Source of the DNA: a virus
IMG/VR virus record: IMGVR_UViG_3300045988_133025
Span: 1 to 30,784 of that record
Reading direction: 5' to 3' (one strand)
DNA length: 30,784 bases
In this document: one piece after another, positions 21,163 to 28,626 of the stretch
Layout: the number at the start of each line of letters is the position of its first letter
Numbering within the stretch: position 1 is the stretch's first letter
Notes under the pieces: generated by a model
Seen by the model: only the letters and a program-made list of their open reading frames with translations
Database searches by the model: none
What the model was told of the DNA's origin: nothing
Position numbers and translations under genes: made by a program

Positions 21163-21600
21163 TTATAGGCTATCATTTGCTATATAATTACTAAATTCTG
21201 TATTTACATCTATCTTAATGGCTTTCTTTAAAGACAACTCTGTTTTTAATGAATAGCCATAAGTTCCTCCAAAATCTGTTGTAGAACAACCATATTTCAT
21301 AGAATCCTTTATAAAGGCTTGTTTTATATCTTTAAATATATATACTCCATCATCAAATATTATTACTAATATAGAATTATTTCTGGATAGTAGATCAAAT
21401 TTTTCTCTATTAATAATAGTTGTTGGATATTTATTAGAATTAAATCTCCTTCTTTTAACTTCTATTATATAATCAATTCCATTCCAATTAAATGTTCCAT
21501 CATATCTGGAATAATTATCTTTACATCATTCTATGTGTATATTAAATTTCTCTTTAAATAGATTCTTTGTAAAGACTAAGCTTCTTATATCTGTTTTCAT
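21163..21600 (-). CDS. PD-(D/E)xK-like nuclease-fold protein, 145 aa
   Basis: No track ORF. With one TGA=Trp it reads MKTDIRSL...HIEWCKDNYSRYDGTFNWNGIDYIIEVKRRRF... (a D...E.K motif). The ATG overlaps the upstream TAA (TAATG). Stop is TAA at 21163..21165. Confidence 0.4.
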
Positions 21601-21839
21601 TATTTTATATTATTAATTTTAAGGGTTAAATCACAATATTCTTCATATAAATTAGATACTTCTTCACTTGCAGGATTAAACCACATTACTGAATCTAATT
21701 TATGCTTTAACTCTGCTCTTTCTAATCTTAATTCAAATGTTTTAGTTTGGTAGTCTCCATAAGCATTATATACTCTAATACCAGCTATTCCCATTAAAAT
21801 AATCGTTGCAATAATTGCATATTTAAATATAGTTTTCAT
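21600..21839 (-). CDS. Small membrane-anchored protein, 79 aa
   Basis: Intact ORF with an N-terminal hydrophobic helix (YAIIATIILMGIAGI). Confidence 0.55.
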   Translation of the reverse strand: MKTIFKYAIIATIILMGIAGIRVYNAYGDYQTKTFELRLERAELKHKLDSVMWFNPASEEVSNLYEEYCDLTLKINNIK

Positions 21840-21936
21840 AATTTATAAATTTTAATTGTTAATATTATATCTTTTATTGTAATACAAAGATAATGAAAAG
21901 TTTTTAATTCTCAAAATATTTAAGCAATTATTTTTA

Positions 21937-22683
21937 TTAAAATTCAAAAATATCTTTATTGTCGTATTCAATATCTTGTTTTCTGTCTAATCCAAATAAA
22001 CCAGCAAGTATGTCATTATAGATATTATTAGCTTTTGGACTTAAATAAAGCTTATTCTTTACAAAATAAACGGTTTGCTTATATAATTTATTATCAGAGG
22101 GAGTAGAAAGCACATTCTTAATAGTTCTAATATTCTGCTCATTTAAATGCACTACTTCATTCTTAATAAACTCTTCATATCTTATCTGATAACCATCTTC
22201 TACTTTATCTAAGTAAAATCCATACTCTTTTAGCTTATTAAGCTTATTATTTAATAGATTATATGTAATATCTAATTCTTTAGCTATATCCTTCTTATTT
22301 AACTTAATTTTTAAAGTATCATCAAATGCCAAACTTCTAATTCTTAAGGCAAATCCCAATAAATTTAGATCCTTATCAATATTATTAATTACAAAATCTA
22401 ATTTAACCATAAAAAATGTATTTAGTATTGATTTATAGGTATTAGTCTTTATAACATTACCATTATCTTTAATTATAACCTTAGTAGAGCAGTCTAATAA
22501 CTCTGCTTTATAAAGATGACTATTCATCTTTTTAATATAATCTACAGAGCATTTTAAATACTTTGCAAAGTAATCTCTTGTATATACTTTATTTTGAAGC
22601 TGTGTATAAGATTGTAAAGCCATATAATATGCTTCTTTGTCATTCAAATCCTTTACTCGTTTATCAATTTTTAAATAAATCAT
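21937..22683 (-). CDS. Putative replication initiator or winged-helix DNA-binding protein, 248 aa
   Basis: It is the first gene of the leftward unit and abuts the iteron-like repeats and the AT-rich tract. It has two wHTH-like segments (FAKYLKCSVDYIKKMNSHLYKAELL and KKDIAKELDITYNLLNNKLNKLKEYGF). It contains no Trp codons. Confidence 0.35.
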   Translation of the reverse strand: MIYLKIDKRVKDLNDKEAYYMALQSYTQLQNKVYTRDYFAKYLKCSVDYIKKMNSHLYKAELLDCSTKVIIKDNGNVIKTNTYKSILNTFFMVKLDFVINNIDKDLNLLGFALRIRSLAFDDTLKIKLNKKDIAKELDITYNLLNNKLNKLKEYGFYLDKVEDGYQIRYEEFIKNEVVHLNEQNIRTIKNVLSTPSDNKLYKQTVYFVKNKLYLSPKANNIYNDILAGLFGLDRKQDIEYDNKDIFEF

Positions 22684-22730
22684 AGTGCTAAATTTTTTAC
22701 TGGAACGAAAGCTCGAAGAGCTGAGTCCTA

Positions 22731-22764
22731 TAGTATTACTTTTATTATAGTATTACTTTTATTA
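22731..22764. repeat. Perfect tandem 17-mer x2 (TAGTATTACTTTTATTA)
   Basis: Read directly: 22731..22747 equals 22748..22764. Confidence 0.9.
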
Positions 22765-22766
22765 AT

Positions 22767-22802
22767 GGGTACTGAATCGACAGGTCGGTCGGGTACTGAA
22801 TC
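22767..22802. repeat. 12-mer GGGTACTGAATC x2 at 24-nt spacing, flanking GACAGGTCGGTC
   Basis: Read directly: 22767..22778 equals 22791..22802. Confidence 0.9.
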
Positions 22803-22820
22803 AATATATGTCTAAAAATA

Positions 22821-22845
22821 GGGTTTGGGTAGCTAATCCAAACCC
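22821..22845. other. Stable hairpin (GGGTTTGG / CCAAACCC, 9-nt loop) in the control region
   Basis: Read directly. On the minus strand it is followed by TATTTTTAG and on the plus strand by CTTTTAG. It could terminate a short transcript in either direction. Confidence 0.5.
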
Positions 22846-23020
22846 CTTTTAGCACTAATAAAAGTAGTAATTATTTCTAATTACAAGGCAAAGATAACAT
22901 TATTTTTTTAAAAATCAAAATTTTTTACAATAAAAAAATAACTTTTTATTAAAAATATTTTATTAAAAATAATATTACAATTCTTGAATATATTATATAT
23001 TAATAAAAAAGAATAAAATT

Positions 23021-23806
23021 ATGAATTGGAAATCAACAAACATTAAAGGATATTCAGTTAGTGATGAAGGTCAAATAAAGAACGAACTAACAGGAAAAGT
23101 ATTATCTCAGTTTAAGAATAATATGGGGTATTATTTAGTAAGCATACAAGATAAAAAGTATCTTGTACATAGATTAGTAGCAGAGGCGTTTTTAAATAAA
23201 CCTAATAAATGTAATATAGTAGAACATAAAGATGATGATCCCACAAATAATTGTGTAGATAATCTTATGTGAAGTACTCAGAAATTGAATTTAAATAGGC
23301 AAGGAAGGCTTGAAAAGTTAAAAAGGTATTATCAGTCCAATGAATGAAAAGAAGCTAGAAAAAAGGCTTTAGAAACAATGAAAGCAAATGGATTTAAAAA
23401 GACTAAATCAGATAAGCAAAAGGCTAAAGAAGCGGCCAGATTAGATAGAATATCTAAAGAAAGAGAGAATATAAGACCTACTCTCGACCAACAATATGAT
23501 GCGTTTATTAATCCTTTAATTGATTTACTTAAATCTGGATATAGTTTAAAGAGAGCTGCACAATATTTTGGAATAAATGATACTACTGGCATTACTTATT
23601 TTTCTAAAAGATATTATGAAGAAACAGGAATTAAACTTATTACATATAAGATTAAAAAATCGTCGTTTTCAAATGCAGAAAAATTAATGAATAAAATTAA
23701 AGAATTATATAATCAAGGTTTAACTGTAGAGGAAATAAGTGAAGAAGTAAATAGATCAATTAATATTGTTAATAAGTATATAAAACTATGGAAGATTCAT
23801 ATTTAA
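23021..23806 (+). CDS. HNH_3-type homing endonuclease with NUMOD4-like N-terminus and two C-terminal HTH modules, 261 aa
   Basis: Track ORFs 23021..23272 and 23378..23806 are in one frame, joined through TGAs at 23270..23272 and 23345..23347. It reads WKSTNIKGYSVSDEGQIKN...VHRLVAEAFL...VEHKDDDPTNNCVDNLMW, where the conserved NL.W Trp is a TGA. Confidence 0.8.
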
Positions 23807-23958
23807 ATAGAATTGCGGATATTAAAGAAACTGAAGAGTATATTAAAGAATTGGATAAATGAATACTCAAATGTAAAGAAACTACTAAAAGATTTGGTGA
23901 TATTATAGATAAAGTATTAAAAGATAAAGATTATATGTTTATTTCTAAATTTGATTAA
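23788..23958 (+). CDS. Hypothetical small protein, 56 aa
   Basis: The ATG overlaps the end of the HNH gene. It contains one in-frame TGA, ends in TAA, and is tightly packed with the next ORF. Confidence 0.4.
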
Positions 23959-23960
23959 TT

Positions 23961-24101
23961 ATGAATGATTATTTATTTAAAAAACTTGAAGAACTAGAAT
24001 ATAGAATAGTTCAATTAGAAAACCAGAATAAAGGTTTAGTTTGAGAAGAAGTAGAAGAAATGCCAAAACCAGAAATTTCTAATGCAACTTATATTGACTA
24101 A
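23961..24101 (+). CDS. Hypothetical small protein, 46 aa
   Basis: It starts 2 nt after the previous stop. It has a coiled-coil-like N-terminus, one in-frame TGA, and a TAA stop. Confidence 0.4.
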
Positions 24102-24102
24102 T

Positions 24103-24246
24103 ATGAAATATCAAACATATAAAGTATGTATAAATGGAGTGTATTATGTATATGTAATACCAGAGAATAGTAAGTTTTTAGTAGACTTACAAACAGGAGA
24201 TCTAATACCTAAAGAAGATGATAAGTTATTTGAAATAATGGAATAA
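24103..24246 (+). CDS. Hypothetical small protein, 47 aa
   Basis: It starts 1 nt after the previous stop and ends 4 nt before the convergent terminator. Confidence 0.4.
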   Translation: MKYQTYKVCINGVYYVYVIPENSKFLVDLQTGDLIPKEDDKLFEIME

Positions 24247-24250
24247 ATGA

Positions 24251-24278
24251 AAATAGGAGGGCATATACCCTCCTATTT
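24251..24278. terminator. Bidirectional terminator between the convergent plus module and the leftward unit
   Basis: 11-bp perfect stem AAATAGGAGGG / CCCTCCTATTT with a 6-nt loop and T-rich flanks on both strands. The TAG stop of the HNH gene (24273..24275) lies inside the stem. Confidence 0.75.
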
Positions 24279-24596
24279 CTGTTTAAATCTTTGATAGTTG
24301 CTAACCGATGAATGAATAGCTTTATGACAAACTGAACATAATGTTATTAAATCCTCCAAATGTTCCTGCTCATTATAAAGGTTAAGATACGTTCGATGAT
24401 GTACCGATAAAGACCTATTTCCGCCTTCTTGAACACATCAGTTACAAGTTTGGCAGTGATAGTTATCTCGCAATAATATTTGCTCTCTAATGGCCTTAAA
24501 ATCCTTTGATCTTATATATCTTTGGTACTTTAAATATTCTTCACTTCTTACTTTCTTTTTCGTCTTATGAAGCAGTTTACTTGATTTAGAGTCCAT
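24273..24596 (-). CDS. Classical HNH endonuclease, 107 aa (possibly packaging-associated)
   Basis: No track ORF. With one TGA (24438..24440) it reads ...REQILLRDNYHCQTCNWCVQEGGNRSLSVHHRTYLNLYNEQEHLEDLITLCSVCHKAIH, which has the HNH/CxxC pattern. Confidence 0.75.
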
Positions 24597-24636
24597 AAAC
24601 TATACTATTTTTAAATATATTTTCATTTAAATCCTT

Positions 24637-25140
24637 TTACTTTATAGCCTTCTCTAATTGCTTTAGAATAAGAACATCGTCTTTATATGCACCTACTTTT
24701 TTAGCTCTAGGATTATTGCCAAAAGAATTATTTAAATAACTCAAATCTTTACCTTTATGACTATTACTCATCTTTTTTCTAGTCTCTTCTGATGGGTGTC
24801 TTCCAATACATTTGGCTCTAATCTTATCTTTTCTTTCCTGAGTGAATACAATACCTAAGGTGCCGTCACCTCCATCTGTAGCATTATATCCATATTTTGG
24901 ATCTCTAGTATTATATTTATGAATAAGAATTTTTTCTAAAGTCTTGGCACAAGGTTCTGGTAAATTATCTTTAATTATAATATGTTCAAAATTATCCCAG
25001 CCGTATTTTGTTATAGCGTTTCAAAACGGCTGTTTTCTATAACCAAGACCATTTGCTCATCTTATTTCTGGATTCTTACAAGTAATGCCAATATATTTCT
25101 TACCATTAATCTTGTTTAAATGAATATATATACTATACAT
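24637..25140 (-). CDS. GIY-YIG homing endonuclease (free-standing), 167 aa
   Basis: No track ORF. It reads MYSIYIHLNKINGKKYIGIT...IRWANGLGY...FWNAITKYGWDNFEHIII with two TGAs; the KYGW Trp is TGG (24997..24999). The ATG overlaps the endolysin 3' end. Stop is TAA at 24637..24639. Confidence 0.85.
24861..25009. repeat. Dispersed repeat, about 85% identical to 28332..28480 (GIY-YIG core of paralogous HEGs)
   Basis: Aligned by eye over 149 nt. This includes a 33-nt perfect run, ATTATCTTTAATTATAATATGTTCAAAATTATC, at 24964..24996 and 28435..28467. Confidence 0.85.
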
Positions 25141-25582
25141 ATAAATTACCTTTTTTTCTTCGTTGTAGTCCTTTAATACTATATAAAGCAATGTGCACTC
25201 ACTGAGATGTACGACTTTTTTCTATAAAACATTCATCGAAATTTCTATCCTTCAAAAAGTTTAATAGGAATTGATAAAACTCTTCTCTACTTCCAGAGAC
25301 ATTTTGAAGGTCTGCAGCATAACCCGTCATATGTGCAGATGTAACTGAACCATTTACAGCTTTATTAAGTTCATTACATCTATAACCTGAATTCACACTT
25401 ATTGCTGGATTTCCCAACCGATTAACATCACAATACTCTGCCCAATCACTTCTTAATGGATCTAAAAGTTTCTCGACTAACTCTATAAGGTGTTCAGTAA
25501 TCTCTTTATTTGGAGTATTATCTATCTGCTTAATAGAAGCTGTATCAGATCTTGTTAATTCACTAATAGTAAAATATTTCAT
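25133..25582 (-). CDS. Endolysin, M15-family zinc peptidase (L-Ala-D-Glu / D-Ala-D-Ala peptidase type), 149 aa
   Basis: F.ISEL...LLDPLR...ISVNSGYRCNELNKAVNGSVTSAHMTGYAADL matches the SxHxxGxAxD metal-binding motif. The ORF continues through a TGA (25199..25201) into WVHIALY..., restoring the family's conserved C-terminal W-V-H. Stop is TAG at 25133..25135. Confidence 0.75.
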
Positions 25583-25743
25583 TATTTAATAATATCTTTA
25601 AGCATAACATAACGGTAAAATAAATGACATCCTGCACCAAGTGCTATGAGTACTAATGTAATCCAAAATGGAATTACTTTTACCATTAAACATACTAAGA
25701 TTATAATTACTATTGCTATTAAATATTTCATCCAATATTTCAT
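25582..25743 (-). CDS. Holin-like protein, 53 aa, two transmembrane segments
   Basis: It reads MKYWMKYLIAIVIIILVCLMVKVIPFWITLVLIALGAGCHLFYRYVMLKDIIK. Its TAA overlaps the endolysin ATG (TAATG). Confidence 0.5.
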   Translation of the reverse strand: MKYWMKYLIAIVIIILVCLMVKVIPFWITLVLIALGAGCHLFYRYVMLKDIIK

Positions 25744-25746
25744 AAC

Positions 25747-26400
25747 TTATTTATTTAAAATTATACTTATTTTAATTCCTGCATCTCTTAGTTTTACTCA
25801 AGTATCAACTGGCATCTCATTATCACAATAAGATAATCCTAAAACTCCAATATCTCTATCTTCTGACTTTAAATAGAATATTGCAATCTTATTAACATCA
25901 TTAGATTTAAATGTATAATACATTCTCCTATCTAATTCCTTTATATCTTCAACATCTCCAAATCATCCTCCTTTTTTAGATGTTTCCAATATAAATAAAT
26001 AATCAGATAATAGGAAATCTTTATAGTGTTTAGAAACTGAAGCAACTCCAGGTTCTGTTTCTTCACTATTCATAATCCCATAAGTAAATGGAAGTCCTCC
26101 TAATCCTGAAGTGCCATTATGATACTCAATAACTCAAGCTCTATCTGCATTCGTATCATTTAAAAGATCTTTAAGGATATATCTAACCTTAAGATCTGCT
26201 TCTTGTCGTATTAATTGATTAGTATTATGAACTGTTTTTATATAGTTTGTAACTCTATCATATATTATTCCTGGATTAGTACTTATAATTATTACATAAG
26301 AAACAAATATAAATCCAAATCCACCTTTAATTATTTTTCACAGTCCATATTTATCTACTCATTCTAATACCTTTCCAAACCAGTTTAATTTATTTTCCAT
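25747..26400 (-). CDS. Membrane-anchored hypothetical protein, 217 aa, at the head of the lysis cassette
   Basis: No minus-strand track ORF. Five in-frame TGAs (including 26359 and 26338). N-terminal hydrophobic anchor GGFGFIFVSYVIIIS. The ATG overlaps the upstream TAA. Stop is TAA at 25747..25749. Confidence 0.6.
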
Positions 26401-26825
26401 TACATACTGTCTTCGCATACTCCAATAATATTGTCTACAGCAAAATCAACTCTAACAAATACTCCAGTACAAATATCTTTGAACTTCTGATAAAATGGAG
26501 TAAAAATTAAAGGATAAGAAATATCAACTTCTGGATAATGGTTATTAAATCGGTTAATTATATTAGTTAAAGCTAATATTCCTGCTGACTGCTCTTCTAG
26601 CTGATTATTATCAGTCTCATCCCATCTTGCTATAAAATAGAGATTTAATGAGTAAGTAATAGTATCTTCATCCATATTAAATGTATTTGGCGTTATATAG
26701 AACACATTATACTCAATAGTTGGAATACTATTAAGTTCATATATATCTTTACTTCCTACAAAATTAATATTAGGTTCTTCAAGAGCACAAGCTTTTAAAT
26801 TTGAAATTATTTCGTAGTATGTCAT
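26400..26825 (-). CDS. Hypothetical (probably virion or neck) protein, 141 aa
   Basis: Intact ORF, tightly packed between an HNH HEG and the lysis cassette. Confidence 0.55.
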   Translation of the reverse strand: MTYYEIISNLKACALEEPNINFVGSKDIYELNSIPTIEYNVFYITPNTFNMDEDTITYSLNLYFIARWDETDNNQLEEQSAGILALTNIINRFNNHYPEVDISYPLIFTPFYQKFKDICTGVFVRVDFAVDNIIGVCEDSM

Positions 26826-26826
26826 A

Positions 26827-27318
26827 TTAAATGTATTTAAAAGTTAATTTATTCTTATATTTTCTACCTGTTTTTAAACAGTAACGTATACTTTTAGAGT
26901 CTATATTTAACCTACGAGCACATTCATTAATAGATGGATATTCTATATCATTACATAATATTTTATGAGATTGCTTATAAATTGAATACCTAGTATTATA
27001 TGAAATAGTACACCATTCTAGATTACATACTCGATCGTCATTCTTTACTTCATTTTTATGATTAACAACTGGATAGTTACTTGTATTAGGTATAAACGCT
27101 TGTGCTACTAGTCTACATATTCTGTAATAGTAATACCTACCATCTTTCATTAAAGTAACTCTCCTATATCCATCCTTATCCATACTAGGCTTTAAAATAC
27201 GCTCATTTACTGGGCAAATACACCCATTCTTACTAAGTCTAGCTCTTGCAACTGATTTAACTTCTCCAGAATCACTCACTTGGTAATAACCTTCAAAGTC
27301 TTTAATATCTTTCCACAT
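26827..27318 (-). CDS. HNH_3-type homing endonuclease with NUMOD4 N-terminus, 163 aa
   Basis: It reads MWKDIKDFEGYYQVSDSGEVKS...GYRRVTL...RLVAQAFIPN...VNHKNEVKNDDRVCNLEWCT. No TGA. Confidence 0.85.
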   Translation of the reverse strand: MWKDIKDFEGYYQVSDSGEVKSVARARLSKNGCICPVNERILKPSMDKDGYRRVTLMKDGRYYYYRICRLVAQAFIPNTSNYPVVNHKNEVKNDDRVCNLEWCTISYNTRYSIYKQSHKILCNDIEYPSINECARRLNIDSKSIRYCLKTGRKYKNKLTFKYI

Positions 27319-27320
27319 AA

Positions 27321-27983
27321 TTACTTTTTCTTATTCTTATTTGAACTTGGAAAATCATATCTAGATCTTAGAGAATTATTATATAGTCCCTTCGAGCGTA
27401 TACCTCCGAGTCACAAACCACAGCTACTCGAACTGTATAAATTAGGATAGAGATCTTTTAACGGCTTATATTCATACAATTCAGGAAAATCATTATAATA
27501 TGTAATTACCCAATTTTGCAATCTTGTTTTAAAGAAATCTGCTTTATCTCTATAATACTTCTTAATAAGATTAACTTGATTAATATCAGAAGTTAAATTT
27601 TTCTCATCATCAGTCCTCATAACCCCAAAATTACTCAGCTTAAAAGAGATAGGAATAGTAATTTCACTTAATACTTGATAAAGTAAATAAGGCTGAATAT
27701 AGTAATCTAGCAATTCTTTATATCTATGATTTTCTGGATCATCTATAGATGTTGGATCATAAATAGGAGGTTCTATTGGATGAACTGGTTTATTTGGATC
27801 TTTCCAATCAATTACTAATTTCTGAATCTTCTCTAAGAGCTTAGTTCCAATTAATGACTGAAGCTCAATATCTTGTGCAAGTTTGATTGCAGACTGAAGA
27901 TATTTACCAGAAACATTATTATCTAAATTAGATTCTGATTTTATATAATCTTCAGATATTAATAGTACGTTTCTATATTCCAT
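27321..27983 (-). CDS. Hypothetical protein, 220 aa; possible head-tail connector or adaptor
   Basis: Track ORF 27411..27983 continues through a TGA (27411..27413) for 29 more codons to TAA at 27321..27323. The N-terminus (LISEDYIKSESNLDNNVSGKYLQSAIKLAQDIELQSLIG) resembles gp6-type connector proteins. Confidence 0.35.
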
Positions 27984-28626
27984 AATAATATTTATAATTT
28001 TTACAGGGTTTATTTTTTCTACAAGATCTAGATATACTAGAAGAATCTACATTATTCTTCTCTCCAGCTTCTTTAGCTGATTTATACTCACAAATAAAAT
28101 TACCATCTAAATCATACTTATATACTTTTTTGCACTGGCGTTCTGAAATTAGTTGTTTTTCTTTATCTGAGAGTTTCATACCTTTATTTCAAGGAGTTTT
28201 GCCTAATCTTGCCTCCCTCATTTTACGCTTGCTTTCATCTGAATGCTGTTTACCATAAAATGAATTATTTTCTCCTGATCTTATAATTCTAAGACTATCT
28301 TTATAATCTTGTGAAAAAGAATATCCACAAGTACCGTCTCCTCCATCAGTTAAATTATACCCATATTTTGGATTTCTAGTATTATACTTATAAATCAGAA
28401 TCTTTTCTAAAGTCTTAGCACAAGCTTCTGGAAGATTATCTTTAATTATAATATGTTCAAAATTATCTCATCCATATTTTTTAATTGCTCTGCTAAAATA
28501 AAGATTATTCTTGTAACCTTGACCTTTAGTTCCCCATCTATTATTTAAAGTAAGTGATGTTATTCCAAAATATAATTTATTATCAGCTGTATTCTTATGG
28601 CAGTACACTGTATAATTATTCAACAT
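27973..28626 (-). CDS. GIY-YIG homing endonuclease (free-standing), 217 aa
   Basis: Only the last 68 aa are in the track. With TGAs at 28468..28470 and about 28188 it reads YTVYCHKNTADNKLYFGIT...NRWGTKGQGY...AIKKYGWDNFEHIII...NSFYGKQHSDESKRKM...YKYDLDGNFICEY. Its 5' end overlaps the portal stop and its 3' end overlaps the next gene's start. Stop is TAG. Confidence 0.85.
28332..28480. repeat. Dispersed repeat partner of 24861..25009
   Basis: See 24861..25009. At the KYG-W codon this copy has TCA on the plus strand (TGA in the gene) where the partner has CCA (TGG). Confidence 0.85.

Larger units (their letters stand above)
22683..22857. repeat. 10-bp perfect inverted repeat (TAGTGCTAAA at 22683..22692, TTTAGCACTA at 22848..22857) bracketing the iteron-like region
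   Basis: Read directly. The arms are 155 nt apart, and the left arm overlaps the Rep-like ATG. Confidence 0.7.

Noticed and set aside
22731-22802. Possible CRISPR array
   Set aside because: There are only two copies each of a 17-mer (directly adjacent, with no spacer) and a 12-mer. The repeat lengths and spacing are wrong for CRISPR, and there are no cas genes.
25133-25582. Simple assignment of the phage to a Mycoplasma or Spiroplasma host on the basis of table 4 and low GC
   Set aside because: This is questioned rather than fully rejected. A peptidoglycan peptidase with a holin, together with BACON-like repeats, is unexpected for wall-less hosts. I leave the host unresolved.
4361-28626. 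HEGs residing in group I introns or inteins that split capsid, portal or terminase genes
   Set aside because: The flanking genes are complete ORFs with their own starts and stops. The HEG ORFs begin at or overlap the neighbour's stop codon. No interrupted host gene or intron-like structured flank is evident, so they look free-standing.
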